This document shows, piece by piece, positions 1 to 9,248 of a stretch of DNA of 17,875 nucleotides (positions within the stretch are counted from its first letter, which is position 1; each line of letters opens with the position of its first letter). The position numbers were made by a program, and so were the translations under genes. Location: contig JAMWBK010000017.1 of NCBI GenBank assembly GCA_029953675.1, forward strand, positions 1 through 17,875, written 5' to 3'. The notes beneath the pieces were generated by a model that saw only the letters and a list, made by a program, of their open reading frames with translations, was not told where the DNA came from and ran no database searches. The stretch is from Rhodosorus marinus CCMP1338. Taxonomy: Eukaryota; Plantae; Rhodophyta.

Positions 1-7
1 CGACACC

Positions 8-720
8 ATGGTTTCCTCCTTGGGGGTCGCCCCGTCTGAATTCCTATATGTGGACTTCACGGGCCCTCATGCCTGTTTTTTCTTGTTACTGACTCGGCTT
101 ACCAGTTCCTTCAATCGCTTGTAACCACTCCCTTCGCGCCCCAGCGCTCTGGCTCTGGCCAACATGATACTGAACTCGTCCTCATGTCTCTTTGTTTGTC
201 GAGTTCGATCGTTTTGACGCCGGCTGGGTTCCTCCGTCGGCCTTGCAAAACCTGGTTGCCTCGCAGGCTTCGGTTGTCGCGCTACACACTCATGCGGCGC
301 GGCTCTCGCGCATACAGGCGAGCCTCTTTCGCGTGTTTTCCTCCCTCGCGGGGTCCTCCGCACCGCGCTAGAGGCCTTCCTCTCCACTGAGGCCACCCTG
401 CTGGAAGCAAGCCCAATTCCTGCGTTTGACCCCTTCTGCCGCCGACTCCTGAGCACCCTTTTCCCTCCCCTCGCCCTGTCTCCGAGGCTCGTGACACCGA
501 CATGGCAGAAGCACCATCGGCCTCTCCGAATCCGCTGGCTCTGGACACCCTCAGCTCAAGACTCCGCTGCTGAAACCCTGTGTCTACTTTCTTCAGGTCT
601 TTTAGTTCCTTCCAAAAGTGCGCCCCCCACGTAAGCGTCGTGCGGCTCCTGAGCCTCCCTCCGAGGCACTCCCCTCCTCCGGATATTTGATCTGCCTTCC
701 CGGACTGAGGGGGAGGCCCG
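8..720 (+). pseudogene. Frameshifted ORF1 homolog of element 1
   Basis: From ATG at 8: MVSSLGVAPSEFLYVDFTGPHACF aligns by eye to ORF1 of element 7 (ALGIPSSYVAHVDFIASHACL). Frameshift in the T run near 77-83. A later PPRKRRAAPEP segment resembles the basic motif near the C-terminus of lineage B ORF1. The end coordinate is approximate. Confidence 0.6.
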
Positions 721-819
721 ATGTCTGGAGTCTTCCCTCCTCCGCGTGTGCGTATCGTCCCGGTTAACTCCCTCGTTTACCAGTGACCGCTCAGCCTGGC
801 ACATGAGCGTGTTCTCTCG

Positions 820-3800
820 TGGTTTTCGCACCTTGTCGCCTCCTACCCGGATTCCGGTTCCCTTCCCCTTTGTCGTCAGAGCACGGCTGTAACGGCTCCT
901 TCGTCGACTTCATAAGCTCCTCTAGGATTGGTGTTGATTTTCTCTGGCAGCAGGTCGCCGCGAACCCTTTCGCTGCTCTCTTCTTCGCTGGGAACTCTTG
1001 TTCTTTTTTTTCCCCGCCTCGTGCTCACCTCCTCTACCGTCCCCGGCAACCCACATCCTCGCCGGGTCCACCCTCGCCGAAAACTGCAAATGTTCCTTTT
1101 CCGGCGACTTTGAGGACCTCGAACGTCTTTATTTCGCTTCTTCTCTCCTCTTTTTTCTCCTAGTGCTCCTCAGCATTTAGGTCTTCTCGACAGAATCGGG
1201 CGATATGTCACGCGGTGGTAGCAGGCGGTAATCTGCGGCGGGCAGCCGGGATCCTCCAGCAGCGGCAACCTGTGGTTCCATACTCCGATGATCTTTCTTC
1301 ACCGCTCCGTTTGCTCTTTCCCTCGGAAGGCTCCCTTGGGACTCCTCGTTTGAATCAGTGTTGGAAGAGTACCGCGCCGCGCCACATCCCAGTGCGCGGT
1401 TAGTGGTCAATCTGGAGGCGGTGCGTGAGTTGGTTCATTATGCTCCGAAGGGCCGTTCTCCAGGGCCCTCGGGGCTGCGGGTGGAATATCTCCGTTTCTT
1501 AAGTGATGAAGGTTTGAAGGCGTTGGCGTTGGTGGTCGAAGCGCTTGTGAATGGTGATCCCCTGTGTGAGTGTGCGTGGTTCTTGGTCGGGCGTTCGCAG
1601 TTGTGTCTGCTTTCGAAGCCCAGCCACACGGCCTCGAGCCCTGCTATTCGCCCTATTGGCCTGGTTGAGGTGGTCCGCAAATTGGCGGCGCGATGGTTAG
1701 TGAAAATCCTGGTTCCCGAATCCCGCCGTTTCTTTGGGCACGTGCAGTTAGGCGTGGGCTATCGTGGTGGCTGTGAGTTGTTGTCTGTTTTACTCCGTTC
1801 CGGAAATGGCGTACTCCCCAGATGCTGGGCTCCTCTCTGTAGATTTTACCAATGCGTTCAACCGCGTCTCTCGTCCGGCTCTCATGCACGTGCTGCGCGA
1901 AGTCTATCCTGTAGGCTTTCCCTTTGTTAGTAGACTTTATTCTCCGCTTGGCCGTGGGGCTACCTATGACACCCTTGGCGCTTCCTCACACACGTTTGCG
2001 GCGCGCACTTTTAGGGTACAACAGGGTGATCCCTTGTCCCCTTTCCTACATGCCTGTGGACTACAACTCGTCTTGCTTTGTCTTCGCTCTGAATTCCCGC
2101 AGGTTCGTACGGTTGCATACCACGACGACGTGTGCCTCCTGGGGCCCCCCGATACTCTAGCGCTCGCTTATGATCGTCTCCGCTCCTTGGCTTCGCGGGT
2201 TGACTTGGAGGTTAATCATCACAAATCGTTCTACTGGGGAGGTGTAGCTGCACAAGAGCAGCAGGTACCTGCGTCGTTCCAGGATATTTGGAGACCGGAT
2301 GGTTTTGTCCACTTAGGCATCCCCTACGGGTCGCCGTCCTTCGTTGAAGGCGAGTTGCTGCAGCTCCTCGGTAAGCACAGACAGCTGGTTGCAGAGCTTC
2401 GACGGCTACCTCCGGGCTTTCTCCAGTGCTCGTTGTTGCTGTTTCGGTATTGTTGCAGTCAGCGGTTAACCTATTGGCTTCGCTCACTTCCAACTCATTG
2501 GGGCCGGTGGTTGGCCACTCGTGCGGATGCTGAAAGTTTCCGTGACCTGGGGTATTTTCTCGATGAAGAGCTGAGCGCTCTGTCAGGTAGGCCTCCCATT
2601 GCGATTGGGGGGACTGGGCCTCTGCAATCGTGTTGTGGTCCAACCTGCAGCCGCAGTAGGGGCCTGGGGAACCGCACTTCCCACTTTGAGCAGCTTGGGT
2701 ATCTCGAAGTTCCGCAATTTGATGGCGAGCCTCTCGCGGGGTGTCTTGCTTCCCAGCGTACCGGAAAGCGCCCAAGACTTGTTTCTGGAGCTCCAAACCG
2801 CCCTGAATTCCTGTACTAGTCTCCCCGAAACCGTTCAACCCCGTCTTCCTGACTGGCGAGCTGTATTTGACCGCTCTCGAGGCTCCGCCCCGGGGATTCG
2901 TCCTGCGCCTGAACCTGTTCTAGGGGAGATTGACCCAGTGGTTGCCGCAGAAGAAGAAGTTCCAGTTGATCCTCCTGATGATTCCCAGCGCGCTGGGAGC
3001 AGAGCTCAAGCACGCACGGATGCGCTGCAAAATATCCTTTCTTGGGACTTGCACCGTGCTGCATATGGCCGACTCCTCGCGCAGATGGTCTCATCTTCTC
3101 GCGCTCGCGCCCGCCTACGTAGTCTTGGAGGGGTTCTTAGCTCTCAGTGGCTCATGACCGTACCAGCCTTTCCGCCACTCACACTGTCGGATTTCGAAGT
3201 GCGTACTTCACTGCGCTTATACCTCGGCTTACATCAGCCCCCTTGGCCGTACGAGATGGGTTCGTCGTGCCCTCTCTGCTCTCAGACTGAAGACAACGCA
3301 GATTTTGGCGCCCAGCTGCTCGCTAGTTGCCCGGTGGTGAAAGGTGCTCGAACCCGCCGCCATACACGGATCTTGAACCTGTTATACCGGGAACTTCGGC
3401 CTATAGTCCGGCAAGCCGGTCTGGAAATCGAACGTGAGAAACCTTTACCCGTCGCGGACTTTCAAAATGATGAACGCCGTGTAGCCGACCTGGTGATCAC
3501 CTGTGACGACAGCCGCCGTACCACATACGTTGATCTTGCTGTTCCTAACCCTCAAGCTAGTCGTTATCTCCCGGCTGCGGGGGAGCGCCGTGGATCTGTC
3601 GCCGCCAGCATGAGACGCCGCAAAGAGATCAAATACGCGGGGGCTTTGTCTTCCCCTGGTGTTCGTGCTTCGGCACTAGCACATCGCTTGGTACCCCTGA
3701 TCATTGAGTGCTTTGGGTTCATAGACTCTGTTGGTTCTCGCTGGCTTCGGGAGTTGTTCCGCGAACGCCCTGACCGTCTTCAATCGTTGTTTACCCGCTT

Positions 3801-3867
3801 AAGTTTCCTGCTGTGGCGCATGAATGCCGCTTTGATGTTGGAGGCGCGAGTTCTTCGCCGCACTTAG
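820..3867 (+). pseudogene. ORF2 of element 1 (RT + zinc knuckle + RLE endonuclease), split by frameshifts
   Basis: Track ORFs 1358-1930, 1764-2819 and 2599-3867 join into one RT-RLE polyprotein with shifts near 1800 and near 2590 (the latter includes a short deletion relative to element 2). YHDD at 2118-2129. The start is uncertain. Confidence 0.9.
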
Positions 3868-3958
3868 TCTTTTTTTCCCCTCGGGGGTTTTGTTTTTTTT
3901 TTTCAACCTCCGATTAAACGATTCGTTTCGCAGTAAGCAGCTGCCCTGTAAAGCTTAC

Positions 3959-3976
3959 GGTTACGTTAGCCTGGGG
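3959..3976 (+). repeat. Junction/target motif, variant GGTTACGTTAGCCTGGGG
   Basis: One mismatch to the motif at 9228, 10168, 14102, 14601, 14907; sits immediately after the element 1 3' UTR. Confidence 0.9.
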
Positions 3977-4013
3977 TTTTCACGCCTTGCGTAGCGCTTC
4001 AGGCTTTGCAAAT
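3977..4013 (+). repeat. 37-bp near-direct repeat, copy 1 (copy 2 at 7727-7763); probable retroelement 3' UTR fragment
   Basis: TTTTCACGCCTTGCGTAGCGCTTCAGGCT is identical over 29 nt in both copies; 2 mismatches over 37 nt. Confidence 0.85.
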
Positions 4014-4110
4014 GAAGAAGAAGAAGAAATAAAGCCAAAGCGAATAAAGCCAATAAAATGATGACGGGCGAAATAAAAAATGAAAGTTTTCATGTGAAAA
4101 CAAGAAAAAC

Positions 4111-4235
4111 CAGAAAAACCGTTGGTGAAGACAAACCCCAGAAAAACCGTTGGTGAAGACAAACCTCAGAAAAACCGTTGGTGAGGACAAACCCCAGAAA
4201 AACCGTTGGTGAAGACAAACCCGAGAAAAACCGTT
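4111..4235. repeat. Minisatellite, 28-bp unit CAGAAAAACCGTTGGTGAAGACAAACCC, about 4.5 copies
   Basis: Units start at 4111, 4139, 4167, 4195, 4223 with single-base variants and no spacers. Confidence 0.95.
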
Positions 4236-4323
4236 CAAGTCTCTCTAAAGTCATGAAAACCCAAAACGGGTCTTTTAGGAGCAAAGCGTTTCTGAGGCAA
4301 AAAGAGTAAAAACCAGAATATCG

Positions 4324-4608
4324 TTAGAATCTTAGTAGATTGCTGGCTTCAATTTGTTGATTAGTAAAGTCCAGTTGAATAGGCCGGGCTCTTGGAGACC
4401 AGGCTGTCGAAGGCCGACTCGCATCCTGGCTTCGTGGCGGTATGAAAACGGGTATATGAACTACGGTTGGTGCTTTTGAGTGGCTATGGTGGCGAAGGAG
4501 CACGCTGAAGGCCCGCGCGAGATTGTTGTGAAGAGTGTTCGTACACGTTGAGGGGAAGGTGTCGTGGCCGGGAAGGGGTTGGGGTCGACATATTAGGTGA
4601 GCACTCAC
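4324..4608 (-). pseudogene. Possible highly decayed RLE retroelement remnant (post-zinc-knuckle and endonuclease region)
   Basis: The minus ORF contains LHNNLARAFSVLL (compare RHNMVRDALATVL in element 3) followed by SRPSTAWSPRARPIQLDFT (compare the RLE RPD...D motif). Similarity judged by eye only. Confidence 0.35.
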
Positions 4609-4701
4609 GAGGATTGAACAAATTTGGTTAAATCAAGACTGAAAAAAAGAAGAGTCCGACGCTTGAAGTGTTCTCGTCGAAGATTTCGAACTATAGTAGC
4701 C

Positions 4702-6113
4702 ATGTTCGCCATGGGTAGAATCATCACGTTCCTTCTGTTAAGTCTGACGCTGCTGGTGACGGTGAGATCTACCGGAGCGGATTCTGCGGATTCAACGTGC
4801 TCTGATGAGCCGCAGTTTACACGCTTTGCTCCTGCTTCCAATCGCTTTATAGCGAATTTGCAAACCAAAAAAGGTTCTGTCGTCGCGACGATCACTATGG
4901 ATGTCGTGGCGAGGAACAACACAAACTGCTTTCTTGCGACGTTTACAGCTGCGGCATCGTCGAGCAGTCTGCTGAAGCTCAGGGCAGGAATCTTCACGAC
5001 AGCAGGGGATCTTCCCACCGGTATGAATAGGGTCACAAGGAGGAAGCTCGTTCCTCAACTCGACCCTTTGAGCAACCCCAGGAGCGAAATGTTCATCTGT
5101 CCCATGAATATGGTGCGGCGGAATACAGATTCTTGCTGTGGACTGCTTGAATTTTTAGCATTTGTCCAAATCCGTGTTGCTCGTTCGAGCGGTACCAAAA
5201 TTGTAACGGGGTATCTAACGCCGACTGGACGTACAAATCGGCCATGCCGAGTCCAAGACCCGGCGAACCCTTTCCGCTACGTCTGTACATTGGAAACCGT
5301 CTGTACACCGGAACCCACCTGCGAGTGTGCCCCGGGCACCTGCCGAGGAGAGGATGGGAGTTGCATTCTTATTAGTGACTTTTCTGCAAACTGTGCAAAT
5401 AATCAGGTGTGCCCACCTGCCCTTCTCCGTGCTCTCCCGTCGACCTTTTGGCGAAGCAGAAACAAGTCTGACCATGTCTCCCTGATTCGTTCCCCTCTGC
5501 TCATGTTTCGTATAGTTTGCTGCGGCGAACCCCGAGAACGAAGCGTGTGAATGCGCGGATCTTGAGTGCTCAGGATCGGAATGCATCGAAGACGGACAAT
5601 GCGTCGGAGCTAGAGGGTGGGGCCAGCAATGCCCTTCTGGCGAGGTATGTCCGTGGACTCTCAACCACAAGTAAACCGAACGGTAATTTACGTTCGTAGA
5701 TGTGGCTCAGAACAAATCTTTCTGTGTCCCGTTTTTGTATCAAGTTTGGAGCAGCGGATGATGCGGGGATATGTAGTTGCCAAGACACTTGTCCGCCCGG
5801 GAGATGTCTTGACGTCGTCAGCAAAGTTTGTGTGGGTCCTAATCCCGGCAATTGTCGCCAGAGTTCCGCGGTATGAGAGATTTGCAACTGGGTCATATTG
5901 CACAAATCGAATTACTCACAATAACTTGGGTATTCACACGGTTCACGCACATAGTTCCAATTCTTGGATCCAGATACGGGCTTTTGTCTTTGTTTGCAAG
6001 GCTGTAATAACTGTGCGCCGGGATCTGTACGTTTGTTTCCCCATTCTGACATCACGCGTGTTCGCCTTTCGAATTGCGATGGACTGCGTCAGTGTTCCTG
6101 TCACGAAAACTGA
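4702..6113 (+). CDS. Four-exon host gene for a putative secreted cysteine-rich protein (exons 4702-5406, 5516-5644, 5745-5870, 5955-6113)
   Basis: N-terminal hydrophobic stretch (MFAMGRIITFLLLSLTLLVTVRS) looks like a signal peptide. Three GT..AG phase-0 introns (donors GTGTGC, GTATGT, GTATGA) join Cys-rich exons in frame (129, 126, 159 nt), ending CSCHEN-TGA. Alternative in-frame acceptor at 5699; alternative start at 4711. Confidence 0.75.
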
Positions 6114-6404
6114 GAAAAAAAAACTAACATGTAATATGGATCTAATTGTCGTCATGTAGGTGCCCACACCGACGGCGGATAAGAGCCGGTGTGAATGTGT
6201 TTCCCAGATTGACCCGTGACCTGATCGTACTAGCCAATTTTCGCGAGAAAGTAAGAGCATGAATTTTCCTCAACGCAGAACGCGAATCTCTCCTGGACTT
6301 TACACATAGTCTGTAACACCCCACCGAGCTAGAAAAGTAAAGGAAAAGCTACACACGCTGCCGCTCACGCAAGGTTACTCAGCTCTCCCTTCACACCGCC
6401 TCCA

Positions 6405-7023
6405 TCACCGCCGCCTTGACGTCGATGGCCTACTACTTATCTATGCGGTGATGACGAACGGTAATGACGGGGCGAAGACGACTCCCTCAAAAACCATAAG
6501 ACTCGATCTGAACATCAGGGAGGTGTCACAGGGGACAGTGGCGCGCGAGTTCATCACGAATGCGATTATGGCGCAGAGTCCAATTCCCGCCCAAGGTAGA
6601 ACAGTGAAATAGTCCCATCCGATGCGTGAGGCTTGGCACAGACGTTGCATTCAGGGGGATTGATGGAGGCAGCAGCTGCATCGCCTGCGGGAAGCGCCTT
6701 AGACCAAAGAGCGAGCTTTCGAATACGAGCAAAAGTGCGGGAGTTGAGGCGGGAAGTTGTCCATCGCCTAGCCAGCGAGAGCTGCAGTTCCAGTTGATCC
6801 GTTGAGCTGGCGAGATCCTCAAGATGTTCGGCATTAGGCCCCGGGACACGCAGTATCCAGACGGCTCATAAAAGGGATTGCCAGCGGCATTATTCCGAAG
6901 CCCGCGGAGCCACGCGGCATAAGAAGCAATCGGGTGAATGCGAACGCTCGTAGCCAGGCCAAGCCCTCCCCACTTGCCAGGTAATCGAATTTGGGTTTTC
7001 ACTGTATTAGGTGAGAGGAGCAT
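6405..7023 (-). pseudogene. Decayed, internally deleted lineage-B-like retroelement fragment in inverted orientation
   Basis: QIRLPGKWGGLGLATSVRIHPIASYAAW matches QISLPCRWGGLGFATRARIQPIAFFSAW of element 4. CNVCAKPH (alternate frame) and FHCSTLGGNWTLRHNRIRDEL match the zinc knuckle. GSRLRPVI...AIDVK with stops matches the RLE of element 3. Confidence 0.85.
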
Positions 7024-7566
7024 TGGGGTTTTGTTTCTTTTTCGGTCACGAGCGTGTTCGTTTACGGGAAGCGCTTCCTTTGGTACGCCTTCCCCCCGTT
7101 TTTCAGGGGTGCGTCGTTTGCAATTGCAACTACTTCTGTCTTCCGGGTGAGAGTGTTGCGGGGCCTTTCCTATTTGGGTTGGGTGTGTCGATTATTCTCT
7201 CGTTGAGGTCTCATATTGGTGGTGCAACGTTTCCTTTGCGCTTTCCCTCAGGATGGTAGGGATATCTCCGCGCTCGACGGAGCCTCATCCCAAGGAGGCA
7301 CTGCCAGGTGGGGGACTCCGTGTTCGCCTCAGCTGCGGCACCTTTTCTTCCGAGGTTGACTTGGAGACCGCTTCTGGCACCCAGGCGCGTGCACTTATCT
7401 TCGTTGTCACCAGCCTGATAACGGCTGCGAGTGATCGTGGAGTGCTTCCTCAGCTCACCCAGAAGCTAGGTGGGCTGGAATCGGGGCCGCTGGCCAGGCC
7501 AAATTCAAATTCGGACGAGAATTTGAATTGCACCAGAGTGGCAGCGTTGGCTGAAGGCAGTCGGGT

Positions 7567-7767
7567 TTGGAGTGGCTGCGGAAATGTTTTGCTGAGCATC
7601 CTGTTGAATATTTGGAACTTTTGCGTCGTTTAAGCGTGTCTCTGTGGCGCTACTCGAGCAGCATGCTTGGTCAGGCGCGCCATAGGCGCCTGGGTTTGCA
7701 CGCTTCCCTACCTAGTTCTTAGTCCCTTTTCACGCCTTGCGTAGCGCTTCAGGCTATGCTAATAAAG
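7567..7767 (+). pseudogene. 3' remnant of another lineage-A-like element (C-terminus, stop 7720-7722, 3' UTR ending in AATAAAG)
   Basis: LEWLRKCFAEHPVEYLELLRRLSVSLWRYSSSMLGQAR aligns with element 1 SRWLRELFRERPDRLQSLFTRLSFLLWRMNAALMLEAR. Confidence 0.7.
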
Positions 7768-7994
7768 TCCACCCACTCTGCGACTAATCAGCGAACGTGA
7801 AGGGTTCGAACACCACGGCGTCGGATTGGGGACTGACAACTTTGTCCAAGCATCCTGCGAGCGAGTTTTGGCACGGCACAAGTCCACCCACTCTGCGACT
7901 AATCAGCGAACGTGAAGGGTTCGAACACCACGGCGTCGGATTGGGGACTGACAACTTTGTCCAAGCATCCTGCGAGCGAATTTTGGCACGGCAC
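7765..7994 (+). repeat. 115-bp tandem duplication at the 5' truncated end of element 2
   Basis: 7765-7879 equals 7880-7994 except one base (CGAGTTTT vs CGAATTTT); AAG begins both copies and the following sequence. Confidence 0.95.
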
Positions 7995-9222
7995 AAGCAA
8001 CTCACCGACGCCATTGAGCACCTACCCGACAGCATGCTGCAATCGGCCTGCTTGCTTTCCCGCTTTTGTGCCGGTCCCAGACTCAACTACTGGTTGCGCA
8101 GCCTGCCTCCAGCTTGGGGCTCGTGGATCGCGGCTAAAGCCGACGAAATGACCCTGCAACACTGGGGAACGCTCTTGGATGAGCCCCTCGATCTTGAAGC
8201 TGCTCCCGACAGGGACTTTATTCGTGCACAGATCGCTCTACCGTTGCGATTAGGGGGATTCGGCGTCGCTGACCGTGGGCTGGTATGCTCGCCAGCGGCG
8301 GTTGCCTCCTGGGCTACCACGCTGCGAACGTTGGTGACCTTCCAGATGCGAAGTGCCTGCCTCTTGGCTCGAGCTTTGACCAACGAGGATCCAGTGACCC
8401 TGCCGCCCCCGCTTTTGACAATTTATGATGGTCTTCAACACGCGTTCAGGAGGTGCAACGCCGTGCCGGACGCAAATCGGTCCCGCTTTCGTTCCTGGAG
8501 GGAGCTGTTATGGGGACGAGCTGAAGCGATTGAGGATTGTCCCCTCGACCGAGTTCTTGCCGATGACGGAGAGGCCAGCCCCGGGTCACCTGTTGCAGAC
8601 TACCCGTGTTTGAGCCGATTGTGGAGCTCCCGCACTGATGTGATTCAACATAGCCTCACCTGGGGCCAACACAGTGCCGCTCACACAGTCATGCTCAATT
8701 CTCCTCTCACGCCGCCTACCACTGCCGCTCGTCTCCGCGGCATGGGAGGCCACCTCTCGCACTTGTGTTTAACCACTCTACCGTCGTCATTGAGTCATCG
8801 TCTCGATGCTTTCCAGTTCCGTTCTGCCGCACGGATCTATCTCGGTTTGCCACAGGCTCCGTGGCACTCTAATCGGCCGTCTTTCTGTCAGGGATGTGAG
8901 AGCCGGATTGACGCTAGTGGCTACCACTTCCTGGGTTCCTGCGGACTGTTACGAGGTCTCCGTACGAGGCGTCACACTCGCCTCAAGTACATCCTCAGCG
9001 AATCTTTGACTCGGATAGGGCATACGGTTGAGGTTGAGTCGGAACTGCCCAGATCCATCTCGGACTCTGCACCGCCCCGTTGTATAGCCGATCTCCTCGT
9101 CTCCGACGCTGCTGCCAGACGCTCAACATATGTGGACCTTGCGATTACCTGCCCCGTGGCCAGCGCCCACCTCACCGCAGCCGCCCGCCGCCGGGGGGCC
9201 GCGGCTTCAGCCCTTCGAAGAG
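7765..9222 (+). mobile_element. Element 2: lineage A subfamily, truncated at both ends (late RT region, linker, zinc knuckle, first half of RLE)
   Basis: Open frame from about 7880: EGFEHHGVGLG, RLNYWLRSLP, QIALPLRLGGFG, CQGC...HFLGSC...RTRRH, IADLLV...YVDLAI; homology stops at ASALRR before the RLE lysine motif. Confidence 0.92.
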
Positions 9223-9248
9223 TCTGGGGTTACGTTAGTCTGGGGTAC
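9221..9248 (+). repeat. Junction motif in tandem: AGTCTGGGG TTACGTTAGTCTGGGG TAC
   Basis: About 1.5 contiguous units define a 16-nt period; fused directly to coding sequence of element 2. Confidence 0.93.

Larger units (their letters stand above)
1..3958 (+). mobile_element. Element 1: RLE-class (CRE-like) non-LTR retrotransposon, lineage A; 5' end outside the window, 3' end intact, frameshifted
   Basis: ORF1-like remnant, then RT motifs (GRSPGPSG, IRPIG, VDFTNAFN, VQQGDPLSP, AYHDD), zinc knuckle (CPLC...C...RTRRH) and RLE (ADLVI...YVDLAV...KEIKY), stop at 3867, T-rich 3' UTR, then the junction motif at 3959. Confidence 0.92.

Noticed and set aside
4111-4235. 28-bp repeats as a CRISPR array or coding repeat
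   Set aside because: Units are contiguous with no spacers, and 28 is not a multiple of three; overlapping minus ORFs are low-complexity artefacts.
5617-6159. Track ORF of 180 aa as a separate gene
   Set aside because: It crosses two predicted introns in a frame lacking the Cys modules; the spliced model explains the region better.
7030-7560. Track ORFs 7011-7259 and 7253-7633 as genes or as an upstream part of the 7567 remnant
   Set aside because: Only faint, unconvincing similarity to lineage A ORF2; cannot be supported without an alignment.
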